NCBI RefSeq assembly: GCF_009914755.1
Contig: NC_060947.1
Direction: 5' to 3' (one strand)
DNA: 64,000 nucleotides
Source: the human T2T-CHM13v2.0 reference genome, Homo sapiens
In this document: in pieces, positions 1 to 21,747 of the stretch
Position numbering within the stretch: the stretch's first letter is position 1
Layout of the letters: every line of letters starts with the position of its first letter
Notes under the pieces: generated by a model
Databases searched by the model: none
What the model saw: only the letters and a program-made list of their open reading frames with translations
Told to the model about the DNA's origin: nothing
Position numbers and translations under genes: made by a program

Positions 1-234
1 AACATATATGTGATTAAAGAGATGCAAAAACTAAGGATAATTGAAAGCAAGAATAAAGAAGTATAGAGCCTCAAAATAAATTGACACTTTCCTGTTGCTA
101 CAACATTTCAGTTGAAAACCCCCTTCTTTCAGCATCATAAACTCTTATTTGCTACTTCTATGGCTCTGGTATTATAACAGTTTTTGCTCCCAATAATAGC
201 CATTTTTTCCTCCTGGAGACTGAGTAGTATCTTT

Positions 235-396
235 TTTTCTATTTTTTCAAATTTAAGTTCAGGGGTACATGCTCATGTTTGCTACATTGTTGTATTGCCT
301 AATGGTGGAGATTGGGTTTCTACTGTACCCACCACCCAAATATTGAACATTGTATCCCATATGTAATTTTTCAACCCTCATCATCCACCCACCCTC
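235..396 (-). mobile_element. Short 5'-truncated old L1 3' end (L1MA/L1PB-like)
   Basis: T-rich tail followed by the L1 3'UTR reverse motif (ggggtacatg...acccaaatattgaacattgta). Flanked by the near-direct repeat gagYagtatcttt (222-234, 404-416), consistent with a TSD. Confidence 0.75.
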
Positions 397-688
397 ATAT
401 TAAGAGCAGTATCTTTAGTTTCAGTTTTCTCCTTTTCATTTTAGCCCTTCCTCTCTAAAACAACTAGACTTTTTACTCAACATTGTCCTTCTCCAATACC
501 AGCAAAGGCAAAGGGAAAAATTATATTATAGTATGTCGTAATCAGAAATGATCTTTCCTTCTTCCAGATCAGAAATTTTAAAAAATAAGGATGACAAAAA
601 TATTCACATTTAAATAGTACTTCAAAATCTAGAAAGTATAATAAAATGCCTCCCTCAAGATAGTCTGAATAAGAACCATTTAAGAACA

Positions 689-850
689 GGTAGGATATCT
701 CACACCTGTAATCCCAGGGGTTTGGGAGGCCAAGGCAGGAGGTTCGTTTGAGCCCAGGAGATCAAGGTTACAATAAGCTATGATCATATAACTGCACTCC
801 ATCCTGGGTGACAGAGTAAGACCCTGTCTCTAACAATAAATAAATAAATA
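689..850 (+). mobile_element. Free Alu monomer (FRAM/FAM-like)
   Basis: cacctgtaatccc...gagcccaggag...actgcactccatcctgggtgacagagtaagaccctgtctc followed by a (taaa)n tail; only one arm is present. Confidence 0.8.
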
Positions 851-1209
851 GCCATTCATCTCCCCTGCTATTCTCCTTTTAATATGACAACAATTAGGTA
901 ATCATGTTACTATCTTAGCCAGTTTTATTATTTATTTTATACTTCTCCCTCTTGAAATTTTTCACTGTCTCACACTTTTTACATGAATAATTTAACCTAT
1001 ATGGATTTGGATTTCAACACCGAAACTAATAACCCTAGCACTTTTGACAACTTTTCAGAAGCTAAGGCAACTGTCTACTTAAAAGGGTTGGCCTTTTATT
1101 TTTCCACCCTAGAGACCACTAAATGTTTTTAAACTAACATAAAACACCTGTGATAAAGAGTGAAATGAAGGATTCAGGCAATGCATCATCATCTTATCTT
1201 TCCCAGATA

Positions 1210-1810
1210 ATAAAATAAAACCTCCTAAGTAAACCATCTCCCTGTTTATATGTTTGTGTCTTCCATTAGTCTATACTAAACACAGCAACCAGAACAAATA
1301 TTTGTACAAGAATTAGCCAGACTGTGATTGCTCTGCTCAAAAATGCCCAATAGCTGCACCCTACATATTTTCTAACATCATTACTTACCATTCTCCCGCT
1401 TACTCACTTCTCCCTAGCTACATGGGCCTTGAATAGGTCAAGCTCATTCTCACCTCAGAATCATTGCCCTTGTTCCTCTGTGTGAAGGCATGTATTCCTG
1501 ATCTTTGCATGGCTTTCTCTTTGATAAATATCCTATCTTAAATAATGTATAAATACATGTTTATTTACACCTATTAAAATATCCACTTACTCTGTGTTAT
1601 TTTTACAGCATTAGCATTACCTCACATTATATTATATATTTATTTGTTATCTACCCATCCAACTAAAATATAAGCTCCTGAAGCACTGGACTTTGTCTTT
1701 TCTTCACTGTATCACTAGAACCTGATAAAATAGCACATTAAAAAAGTGCCTAACACATTTAAAAGTATTCAGTGACCACTTATTGACTAAATGAGTGTAT
1801 GAATTAATGA
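1210..1810 (+). mobile_element. L2 3' fragment
   Basis: Degenerate L2 3' motifs (taagctcctgaag...cttcactgtatcactagaacctg) ending in a tgaatgaa-like tail. Confidence 0.6.
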
Positions 1811-1917
1811 CCAAAGAACGTGGGTACTAGCCTTGACTCACAATTCTCAGTAATTTCAATATACACTGGAATAATCCTTTTAATATCATGACTTCACTGT
1901 TCCTTTTATTTCCCTCT

Positions 1918-4307
1918 TGATATGGTTTAGATCTGTGTCCTCATCAAAATCTCATGTTGAAATGCAATCCCCAATACTGGAGGTGGGGCCTGGTGGGAGG
2001 TGATTGGATTATGGGGGTGGTTTCTAATGGTTTAGCACCATCCTCCCAGTGCTGTTCTCGTGATACAGTTCTCATGAGAACTAGTTGTTTAAAAGTGTGT
2101 ACCACCTCACCTCTCTCTCTGTCTTCCTCCTCCTCTGGCCATGTGAAGCGCTGGCTCCCCATTTGCCTTTCACCATGATTGTAAGTTTCCTGAGGCCTCC
2201 CCAGAAGCCAAGCAGATGGCAAGCATCATGTTTCCTGCACAGCCTGCAGAATCATGAGTGAATTAAACCCCTTTTCTTTATAAATTACCCAGTCTCAGAT
2301 ATTTCTTTATAGAAATGCAGGAACAGACTAATACAGAAAATTGGTATCGAGGAGTGGGCATTGCTATAAAGATACCTAAAAATGTGGAAGCAGCTTTGAG
2401 ACTGGGTAACAGGCAGAGGTTGGAAGAGTGTGGAGGGCTCAGAAGAAGACAAGATGAGGAGACATTTGTAACTTTCCAGAGACTTGTTAAATTGTTGTGA
2501 CCAAAATGCTGATAGTGATAAGGACAATGAAGTCCAGGCTGAGGAGTTCTTAGATAAAAATGAGTAACACATTGGGAATTGGAGCAGTCACTTTTGTTAT
2601 GTTTTAGCAAACCTAGATGCGTTGTGTCCCTGCCCTAGGGATCTGTGGAACTTTGAACTTGAGAGTGATGATTTGGGGTATCTGGTGGAAGAAATTTCTA
2701 AGTAACAAAGTGTTCAAGAAATGATCTGGCTGCTTCTAACAACCTATGCTTACAAGTGTGAGCAAAGAAATGATCTAAAACTGGAACTTATATTTAAAAG
2801 GGCACCAGAGTGAAAAAGCTTGGAAAATTTGCAACCTGGCCATGTGATAGAAAAGAAAAGCCCATTTTCAGGGGAGGAATTCAAGCAGACTGCAAAAATT
2901 TGCATAAGAAAAGAGAAGGTAAGTGCTGATAGCCAAGACAATGGGAAAAAAGGCCCCAAAGGCATTTCATAGATCTTCCTGGCAACCTCTCCCATCACAA
3001 GCCCAGAAGACTAGGAGGGAAGAATCATTTCATGGGCCAGCCCAGGACCCCACTGCCTTCAGAGCCTCAGGACAATGTTCCCTGCATCCCAGACACGCCA
3101 GCTCCAGCTGTGGTTTAAAGGGGACTAGGTACAGCTTGAGCCAATGCTTCAGAGGGTGGCTTATAGGTGGTGTTTAGCCTGCAGGTACACAGACCACAAA
3201 AGTTCAGTCTTGGGAACCTCTGCATAGATTTCAGAGGATGCATGGAAAAGCCTGGATGTCCAGGCAAAAGCCTGCTGCAGGGGCCAAGCCCTCATTGAGA
3301 ACCTCTACTAGGGCAATGTGGAGAGGAAATGTGGGGTTGGAGCCTGCACACAGAGTCCCCACTGGGGCACTGCCTAGTGGAGCTGTGAGAAGAAAGTCAC
3401 TGTCCTCCAGACCCCAGAATGGTAGATACACCAGCAGCTTGCACCCTTCACCTGGAAAAGCCACAGGCACTCAATGCCAGCCAGTGAGAGCAGCTGCAGC
3501 CACAGGGGCAGAACTGCCCAAGGTGTTGGGAGCCCACCCCTTGTATCAGTGTGTCCCAGATATAGGAAATGGAGACAAAGGAGATTACTTTGGCACTTTA
3601 AAATTTAATGACTGCCCTGGGTTTTGGATTTGCATGGAGCTTGTAGCCCCTTTCTTTTGGCCAGTTTCTCTCTTTCATAACAGGAGTATGTACCCAATTT
3701 CTAAACCCCCAGTATATTTTGGAAGTAACTAACTTGTTTCTGATTTTATAGACTCATAGGTGGAAGGGACTTGCCTTGTCTCAGATGAGACTTCAGACTT
3801 TGGAGTTAATGCTGGAATGAGTTAAGAGTTTGGGGGACTGTTGAGAAGGGATGATTGTATTTTGCAATGTGAGAAGAACATGAGATTTGGAGGGGTCGGG
3901 GGGAAATGATATGATTTGGATCTGTGTTCCCATCAAGTCTCATGTCAAATTATAATCCTCAGGGTTAAGGTGGGAGGTGATTGCATCATGGGGGCTGTTT
4001 CTAATGGTATAACACCATCTTCCTTGGTGCTATCATCACAATAGTGAGTTCTCATGAGACCTGCTTGTTTAAAACTGTATGGCACCTCCCCCTTGTCTCT
4101 TCCTCCTGCTCCAGTCATGTACGATACGCTTGCTTCCCCTTTGCCTTCCACCATGATTGTAAGTATCCAGAGGTCTCCCCAGAAGCAGATACCAAAATCA
4201 TGCTTCCTGTACAGCCTGTGGAACCGTGAGCCAATTAAACCTCTTTTCTTTATAAATTACTCAGTCTCATGAATTTCTTTGTAGCCATGCAAGGACAGAC
4301 TAATACA
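1918..4307 (+). mobile_element. Complete MaLR provirus, MSTA-type: 5'LTR 1918-2335, internal 2336-3906, 3'LTR 3907-4307
   Basis: Both LTRs start tgatatg and end gactaataca. The internal region starts gaaaattggta and a polypurine tract precedes the 3'LTR. The 60-164 aa ORFs here are decayed MST-int. The flanking 5-mers cctct/tttct match only partly. Confidence 0.9.
2001..2011 (-). promoter_or_regulatory. DUX4-type motif TAATCCAATCA in the MSTA 5'LTR
   Basis: Plus strand tgattggatta is an exact TAAYYYAATCA match on the minus strand; binding is not shown. Confidence 0.5.
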
Positions 4308-4369
4308 TTTCTCTTTGAATTATTTACATGAGCATACAAACATTCTGCAATATCTCCTTTTTTGCCACC

Positions 4370-4610
4370 TACTATTATGCAGCCTTCAGCATATTACTTC
4401 CCTGCTCTTTGCCTCAATTTCCTCATTTGTTAATGAAGACAACTTTAATATCTGCATCACTGTGAGTGTGTGTGTGCCTGTGTGTGTGTATTTGTGCATA
4501 AAATGTGTTAGCATACATAAACTACTTAGAAATATGTCTGGAGCTTAGTAAGTGCTATATTAGTACAGTTATTAATATTATTGTTATGTCAGTATTATCA
4601 CTATTATTAT
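4370..4610 (+). mobile_element. MIR fragment
   Basis: MIR core gcctcaatttcctcatttgt and 3' motif cttagaa...tagtaagtgcta with a (tat)n-like tail. Confidence 0.65.
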
Positions 4611-4769
4611 TTTTAAAAATCTCCCTTGATCTCACATTCTCTTTCATTAGCTGCCTTTTTTGTCTGCTCCTTTTCACAGTAAACTTCTCAAATGATTTTC
4701 CTTCACTTGTTATCTTTACTTCCTCTCCTTCCATTTTATCTTTTCATGTTAATATAATGTGAGACCTAC

Positions 4770-5540
4770 TAAAAATACAAGAATAATACAAAGAAGTACC
4801 TTGTCTTTTCTATCCTTTACCCAGATTCACCAATTATTAACATAACATTGTTGCCAGATTTGTTTTATCATTCTTCATATAGTGTACACACAAACACACA
4901 CAATTTTTTTCAAACCACCATTGTTCATTAAGTTGCCAACATTCTGTCCTTTTATCCCAAACTACTTCAATATGCATTTCCTAAGAACAGAGACATTCTC
5001 ATATATGACCACAATACAATTATCAGAACAAGAACATTTAACATTATAAAATACCATTTTCTAATGCACAGTCCATATTAAAATTTCATCAATTGGCTCA
5101 CAAACATCTTTTATAGGTGATTCTTCTCTCCATCCCAAGATCCAATCCTGGATCTTATATTGTATTTAGTTGTCATGTCTTTTAGTCTCCTTTTATCTGG
5201 AACAGTCCTTCACCCTTACTTAATCTTTATTTGTCTTTACATATTTGAAAAGTTACAGGCCAGCTATTTTGTAGAATTTGTTTTATTTGGGGTTTCCTAA
5301 TGATTCCTCATGAATATTTCCAGGTTGTGCATTTTTGGTAGGAGTATGACTCTTGGTTAAGGTGGTGTCTGACACATTTTTGATCCATGTAATGCCGCTT
5401 CCTTTCCCTTTGTAATTTGACATTTATAGTATTCTCTGTCTTCTCATTGATGGCAAAAAAATGGGTTGTGTGTGTTGTAATTTGCTCTTCTGTTGATTCA
5501 TAGAGGATTTTTGAGGTATATGGGTACATTTGAATTTATG
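4770..5540 (-). mobile_element. Old L1 3' region (L1MC4/L1MC5-like)
   Basis: Motifs ttacccagattcacc, ttcctaagaacagagacattctc and ttgtatttagttgtcatgtct are typical of reverse L1MC 3'UTRs. Confidence 0.6.
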
Positions 5541-5544
5541 CAGC

Positions 5545-6116
5545 TGTAATGGTTAATATTAGGTATCAACTTGATTGGATTGAAAGATGCCTCGATGGCT
5601 GGTAAAGTGTTGTTTCTGGGTGTGTCTGTGAAGATATTGTCAGAGGAGATTGACATTTGAGTCAGTGGACTGGGAGAGGAAGACCCACCCTCAATGTGGG
5701 TGGGCACCATCTAATCAGCTGCCAGTGCAGCTGGAACAAAAGCAGGCAGATGAAGGTGGGATAACCTTGCTTGCTGAGTCTTCCGGCTTCCTTCCTCTTC
5801 CCATACTGGACAATTGCTTCCATTCATTCTGCCCTTGTACATCAGACTCAAGGTTTTTTTGGCCTTTGGGCTCTGAGACTTGCACCAGCAGCTTGCTGGG
5901 GGCTCTCAGGCTTTTGGCCACAGACTGAAATCTGCAGTTTCGGCTTCCCTGGTTTTGAGGCTTTCCGACTCAGACTGAGCCACTACCAGCTTCTCTCTTC
6001 CTCAGCTTGCAGGCAGCCTATCATGAGACTTCACCTTGTAATTGTGTGAGCCGATTCTCCCTAATAAACTTTCTATCATATGCACATATATCCACTGGAG
6101 AACTCTGACTAATACA
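5545..6116 (+). mobile_element. Solo LTR of ERVL, MLT2A (MLT2A2-like)
   Basis: Runs tgtaatggttaat...gactaataca with the MLT2A core gagtcagtggactggga...gggcaccatctaatcagctgcc. Perfect 5-bp TSD gcagc (5540-5544, 6117-6121). Confidence 0.9.
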
Positions 6117-6149
6117 GCAGCCAACTATGAAGTCTCATTTCTCTTGACC

Positions 6150-7070
6150 TTATTCCAGTCAGGCTGTTGCCACTCTATTCAGTCTTTTAGGGTCACCAAT
6201 GAGCTGTATCTTGATAAATAAAATGATTACTTTCTGCTACTCATCAGACTTGAACCTTCAGCCTGGCAGTATAGACACTCCCTCCTTCTTGAACATTTTT
6301 TTTTTTCACTTGGTTTTGAAGATTCTCCTCTCTCTTGGCTACCCTACTTTGCCAAATTTCCTTCTTCGCTCTCCTGATGTTCAGACTGGTGTAATCAAAT
6401 GCTTATTAGATATTTTCACTTGGATATCATATATGAATCTTAATATAACACCTCATTTCAAAGCTGTTTCCCTCTTCCCTATCACAGTAAGTTATATTTC
6501 ATTTGTCCACTTGCTGAGATAAGAAAGCATGTAGTAATTCCTGATTCCTCTTTTTATCACACATTTATTTATCCTATCAGCAAATCCCATTGATTTTACC
6601 TTCAAAATATATTCAGAATGTGACCACTTGTCATTACTCGCATTATTAACATCACAGACCAGAGTGTTAAAAACTAACACCTGGATTTCTTCAATAGCCT
6701 CCTAACAGGTTTCCTGCTTTCATTCTTGCTACCCATACATTTTTTCCTCACACAGTAGTCAGAGTAATTCTATTAAATATCACATCAAATAATGTCACAT
6801 CACTGTTTAAAACATCAAAAGATTCCCTATCTCAGAGTAAAAACTAAAATTGTTCACATGGCTTTACCTTGTTTTATGAATGAGCAATCATTCTGTATCC
6901 CCAAAAAACTACTTCTGTGGGCTAATGTTCTTCCACAGTGCTTTAAACTTACTGCATACTATCCATACTTGCCTCTTCAGTATTGCTAGAACACACCAAG
7001 CATTCTCTTGCTTCAGGGTGTTTGCACTTAGTATTGCCCTGCCTGGTGTGATCTTTGCCTAAATATCTGA
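6150..7070 (+). mobile_element. L2 fragments
   Basis: L2 motifs ccttcaaaatatattcagaat, aatagcctcctaacaggtttcctgc and cttcagggtgtttgcactt. Confidence 0.65.
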
Positions 7071-7454
7071 GAAAGAATACAACTAATTTGACAGAAGTCA
7101 TGTGACAGAAAAATGTGGGAGGTCTTTTTTCTGCATGCTGTTGAGGGGACATGATTAAGCTGTCACTCAAGATAAGATCTGTTGCACATAGAAGATAAAT
7201 CTTGATTTATCAAAACAGAGGCTCTTTTAAGCACTTAACATGTATTGATCAATGTAATTCTCAAAACAAGCCACTGAACACCTGGCAAAATGTTAGCACT
7301 GGGTCAACACCGAAGGGTCAAGGGTCATCAGGAGAAAGGATAGGCTTCTGGTCTGGTAGCAATGCTGCCTGTCTCCAAGCCTTCTTTTCACCCTCCAAGA
7401 AGCAGTACCTCACCCTCACTAACTTCTGGATGCCAAAGAAACCACCACGACCTA

Positions 7455-13446
<5,992 letters not shown>

Positions 13447-13844
13447 AATATGTCAAAGTCTTACAGAATTCCTACCCAAGGAATCTTGTATAAAGGTGTT
13501 TAACCTAGTGCTTCCTAAGGTTAGAGAAACATGAAACAGCTTGTTCCCCACAATACAGTAGTTGCCAGAACACCAGTTTAGAACAACGTTGATGTCAGCA
13601 CAGTCTCTTTTCTGTTCCACCAACCTAACACAGGCCAATTATGCAATTTTGGGTTTGTGTGTGTACCCTAAAATCAATTAGGTATAGCACATTCAACATC
13701 AGGAGCTGCTTGTTAATCACTAAAACAGTTTAAGACAAATTGAAAATATCTTAGTCTTCTATCATTCTGTTTTAGAAAACCCTGAAAGTAATTAATTTGC
13801 TTTTAGAGAGGTTGTGATTCTTCCACAGCAAATAAATTCTCCGA

Positions 13845-14208
13845 CAACCTCATTAGTGCCTTATTTCAAGAAACTGCCATGGTCATCCCCGCCTTCAGCA
13901 ACCACGATCCTGATCAGTCAGCATCCATCAATATTAAGGCAAAACCCTCTACCAGCAAAAAGGTTACAACTCATTGAAGACTCAGATAATCCTCAGCACT
14001 TTTTAGCAATAGTTTTTTTTTAATTAGGGTATGCACATTGCTTTTTAAGACATAATGCTATTGCCAACTTCATAGCCTACAGTATAGTGCAAACATAGCT
14101 TTTATATGCATTGGGGAACCAAAAAAACTGTGTGACTCACTTTATTGCAATATTCACTGTATTGCAGTGGTCCGGAACCCCATCAGCAATATATCTGACG
14201 TATGTCTG
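13845..14208 (+). mobile_element. Tigger1 3' end
   Basis: ccttcagcaaccac...gatcagtcagc...gaagactcagat, ending in the right TIR gtatgtctg followed by TA (14209-14210). Confidence 0.9.
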
Positions 14209-14384
14209 TAATGGCTTGGCCACTACTAATTTGTTATCCTTCCTTTCAAGTACTGGGAAATACTTAAAATTGTTTTCATAGCCTTGTTCTAATTTTGGCT
14301 AAGGAATACTTTTATCTCCAAATAAGATGTAATAACAGGGATTGGAAACCTTTATGAGGCAAAAATCTTGTTGAGTACTGGATA

Positions 14385-14812
14385 TTTTTGAATTCCTGAC
14401 AAATTACCACAAATAGCATGGTGTAAAACTATAGAAATTTATTTTCTCATAGTTCAGGAGTCCAGAGTCTGAAATCAAGGTTAACATGACTGGTTCCTTC
14501 TGAAGGTTCTGAGGAGAAATCTGTCCCATGTCTTATTCTTAGCTTCTTGTGCTTGCTAAGAGTCCTTGTTATTCCTTGGTTTATACTTTTATCACTGCAA
14601 TCTCTGTCTCTGTAGTCACATTGCCTTCTTTCCTGTATGGCCTCATATGGCCTTCTTATAAGGACAGTAATGATTGGATTTAGGGCCCACCCTAATCTTG
14701 TATGACCTCATCTTAACTAGTTACATCTGCAAAGGCCTTATTTCTAAATAAAGTCAAATTCTGAGGTACGGGTGAACACAAATTGGGTAGAAAAACTATT
14801 CAACACACTACA
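14385..14812 (-). mobile_element. MLT1 (MLT1C-like) solo LTR
   Basis: Reverse MLT1 motifs agaaatttattttctcatagttc, tgacctcatcttaact and ttacatctgcaaag; ends attcaacacactaca. Confidence 0.75.
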
Positions 14813-15264
14813 ATCTAAAAGAATCAAATTGTCTTCAATTAACTTAATTGCATCCAAAAACTAAGTTCAAAATACTTACAGTAATACAAAAATATCCAGT
14901 ACTCAACAAGATAGAAATTCACAATGTCTGGCATCCAATCAAAAATCACAAAACCAGGTGAAGTGGAGGGAAAATACAACCCATAATGAGGAGAAAAAAT
15001 AATCAATTGAACTTGAACTAAAACTTACACAGATGTTAGAATTAACTTTAGGAGGACACCAAAGGAGTTAAATTCATTCCATAAGTTCAAAAATTTAAAC
15101 ACATGAAAATATTTTTTAAAAAGACTCAAGCCTTTTAGAGATGAAAAGTATAATATGTGAAATTAAGATCAAATTAGAAAATCCAGAGGAAAGGATTTGT
15201 CAATTTGAAGACCTAACAAATAAAAACTATCCAAATAAAACACAGGGAAAAGAAATAGTTTTTT

Positions 15265-18017
<2,753 letters not shown>

Positions 18018-19084
18018 TTTTTTAAATGAAGGGCATCAGTGATCTACAGGACAACTTCAGACATCCTATTATACATATAATTCAACTCATTGAACTAGGG
18101 GTGGGGACAAAAAATATGTCAAGAAATAGTGACCAAATTTTCCCAAACTTGTTGAAAAGCATAAACCTATAGCGTCAAGAATCTCAGTGAACCCCAGGCA
18201 CAAGAAATATAAAGAAAATTACAGCAGGGCGTACCATAATCAAATGGCTCTAAACTAATGACAAAAAAAAAGTTTTAAAGCAGCCAGAGAAAAAAAGAAA
18301 CATGATGTACAGAGGGGAAAAGAAAGATAAATATTACAGCAGATTTCTGCTAGCAATAATGCAAGTGAGAAGACGGTGGAGCAACATGTTTAAAGTAATG
18401 AAAGAAAACAACTTCCAATCTAGACTTGTATATGCAGTGAAAATAATTTTAAAAATAAAAGTGAAAGAAAATATCATCACACATATAATAGCTATAACAA
18501 TTAAACAACACATCTCTACTATAAGAAATGTTAAAATAAATCTTTAATACAAAAGTAAAATAGCACCAGATAGAACTATAGATCTATGCAAATGAATAAA
18601 GAGCACCAGAAATAGTGACTATATGGGTAAATGTAAAATATTTTTAAATTATTTAAATTTCCTTTAAATATAATTGACTGTTTAAACAAAAATAAGAATT
18701 TATTATGGAGTTTAAAATATACAAAAGAATCGCATAAAGGCAGGAGGAGTGAAATCAAAATACAGTATTGTAAAGTTCTTATACTATATGTGTAAAATCA
18801 CAGTATAACTTGAAGGTAGATTACAAAAAGCTAAAGAAGCATACTCTAAACTCTAAAACAACCACTAAGGTAGCAAAACAGAGCTGTTTCTAACAAGCCA
18901 ACAAGCGTAATAAAAGGGAGTCATCCAAAAAAAAAAATCCACTAAGTCTAAAAAGAAGCAGAAAAAAGTAAAAAGGATAAAAAGAACAAACGGGAAAAAG
19001 AGAAATCATATATCAAGATGTTAGACTTAAATCTAATCACACCAATAATCACATTAACTATAAAGGTCAAAAACTTGAATTAAA

Positions 19085-19243
19085 GGAATGAAAGACTACA
19101 AATTGGGTATAGTGTACACTGCTTGGGTGACAGATACAACAAAATCTCAGAAATCACCACTAAAGAACTTATCCATGTAACCAAAATCCACCTGTTCCCT
19201 AAAATCTACTGAAACAAAATAAAACAATAAAAATAAAAATAAA
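19085..19243 (+). mobile_element. L1PB1-like 3' terminal fragment
   Basis: gtgtacactgcttgggtga...aaaatctcagaaatcaccactaaagaactt followed by an A-rich tail. Confidence 0.8.
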
Positions 19244-19899
19244 GCTTTTTGAAAAGTCAGATTTTGTCAGATTGGCTAAAAATGTAGTAACCAACTCTAC
19301 AGTGCCTATTCCTTGTTACAGGATTGTCAAAGAGCTTTCAAGTAAAACTGCATAACTACCCTCCACTCTGTAACCTAAAACCCTATTTTGCAGAGGGAAG
19401 AGAGGCTATCAGTAATTAACTTTCTCAGTAGCTCTCTCTTCTACCTCCAAATTTATTTGTTTATTCATCTGTCCTTATCGCCTGCTTGCCTGCTAGAGAA
19501 AGAGATTCCCTTCCTCCCCGGTGTGTCTCTTTTATTGGTGCTCTTTATCCATTTTTTTCTGCTAGTTCTGGATTCTTTCTTTCTTGTATCATTCATATTT
19601 TCCTCTTTGTTGGATCCTTCTGTTTATCCTAGAACTTAAATCCTCAATTCTTACCCAGATGCTACCACCCTCCAAATTAGGAGTCTCTCTCCACTTTGCT
19701 CTAAAAACATCAAAGAATTACATACACATGTTGAATCTTCATGCTTTCCTGAATTCAATGCAATGAATGCTATTTAAATTGCTATTGCTATGGTCATCAA
19801 TGATATCATAATCAACAGATGCAGTGACCTCTTTTTCCCTCTCTAAAACTAATATACTGTGAAGAATTACTTGCTTGAACATTATACTCATGTAACATT

Positions 19900-20340
19900 C
19901 CTTCATCCATTAAATTTTTTCTTTGATAAATACATGTTGAAAGACTATTATAAGCCAGGCACTATGCTAGGCACTGGGGCATCCATCATGAGATAAAAAC
20001 AGACATGGTCCCTTGCCTTATAGAGCTTACTGTCTAGTGAAAAAGATAAAAGATAAATACTAATCACAAGATCTTACAAATAAATGCTAATTCATATCTG
20101 TGCAAAGTGCCATGAGAACAGATAACAGGAAGCTCTGACATAGTCATTGAGGAAGTCATGATTCATCTGACCATATGCAAAAAAGTTCAGGTACCCGGAG
20201 GGTGTAAAGTGGAGAGTTGTGTTAGATGAGGCTGTAGAGGTAGGCAAAGCTCAGACGGTGGATTCTGACAGAAATTGTTAAAGGTTTCTGCCTTTACCTT
20301 GAGAGTAATGGGAACTCATTCCAATCTTTTCAGGAGGGTG
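19900..20340 (-). mobile_element. L2 3' fragment
   Basis: ccaggcactatgctaggcactgggg...acagacatggtccc...gagcttactgtctagtg. Confidence 0.7.
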
Positions 20341-20354
20341 GAAGGATTCAAACT

Positions 20355-20950
20355 GTATTCATTTCCTAATGCTATTTTAATAATGTACCACAAACTCAGT
20401 GGCTTCAAACAACAGAAATTTATTATCTTACCATTATGAATGTTAGAAATCCAAAATCCTTTTCTTGCCTCTTCCTAGCTTCTTATGGTTGCTGCTAAAG
20501 CTTGACATATCTTGCTTTGTGGCAGCATAACTTCAATCTCTATCCTTGTCTCCACATTCCATTTTCCCTCTGTGCCCCTCTGTATCCAAATTCCCCTCTT
20601 TTAAGTACACCAGTCATTGAATTAGGGACCACGCTAATCCAGTATAACTTTATCTTAACTCTACTACATCTGCAAATAATCTAATTCCAAAAAAGGTCAT
20701 ATTCACATGTACTGGGGGTTTAGGACTTAGATATCTTTTGAAGAACACAATTCAACTCCCAATAGTCTGTGCTCTAGTCTTCCAACATTCATGTCTGTCC
20801 CATGCGCAAAATCCATTCACTTCATCCCAAAATTTTCAAAATTCTTAACCCACGCCAGCATCAACTCTCAGTTCAAAATCTCATCTAAATATAATCAACT
20901 CAATAAGTTACAAATATCGTCTTCTAATCACCTAAATCAGGTATGGGTGA
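20355..20950 (-). mobile_element. MLT1 LTR (to about 20764) with adjacent internal fragment
   Basis: tgtattcatttcct...accacaaactcagtggcttcaaacaacagaaattt...acaattcaac, then MLT1-int-like cagcatcaactc...aaaatctcatctaaa. Confidence 0.7.
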
Positions 20951-21035
20951 ACTTGAAGCAGAGAGGTGGCTATAGGATGGAGACTGGTTGAAAGGTGTGA
21001 GAAACACTTAAAAAGTTGAATTGAAAGGACTAAAT

Positions 21036-21371
21036 CAGCGGTCCCCAACCTTTTTGACACTAGGGACTGGTTTCCTGGAAGACAATATTTCCACGAACGG
21101 TGGTGGTGGATGGTTTTGGGATGAAACTCTTCCACCTCAGATCAGGCATTAGTTAGATTCTCGTAAGGAGTGAGCAGCCTAGATCCCTCACATGCGCAGT
21201 TCACAATACCGTTAGCGCTCCCGTGAGGATCTAATACTGCCCCTGATCTGACAGGAAGTGGAGCTTAGGCAGTAATGTTCCCTAAACTGCTGCTTACCTC
21301 CTGCTGTGCAGCCCAGTTCCTAACAGGCTATGGACCGGTACTGGTCTGCACCCGGGGGTTGGAGATCCCTG
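21036..21371. mobile_element. MER1B (hAT-Charlie MITE)
   Basis: TIRs cagcggtccccaacc and ggttggagatccctg; 8-bp TSD gactaaat/cactaaat. Confidence 0.9.
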
Positions 21372-21747
21372 CACTAAATTATAGATTCAGATATGGGTGG
21401 TAGTAGTGGTGAATCAAAGACAGGTGTTAAGGATGACTCAAAAGTTTCTTTCCTCCCTTATTTTCTGTTACTCCACTGTAATCATTTTCTTTTTAGTATC
21501 TTCTATTCGTTGCTCTTCCTCCTCTTGCCTCTTAAATATTGGCATTCTCTGGGTTCCTTAGTCTTTTTCTTTCTGTGCATGTTCTATCACACTGACCTCA
21601 TCACTGCTATGGCTTCACATTATTCCTTCATGTTTTTGACTCTCAAACTGTACTCATGGTATAGACCTCTATCCTGAGCTGTAGACTCATAGTCTCATAG
21701 TTAGAATTGCTGTCTAGAAATCTCCAAGTGACTATATTTTAGCCAAA

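Noticed and set aside
3238-3732. 164-aa ORF in the MST internal region
   Set aside because: It is a piece of the known decayed MaLR internal ORF, broken by stops on both sides.
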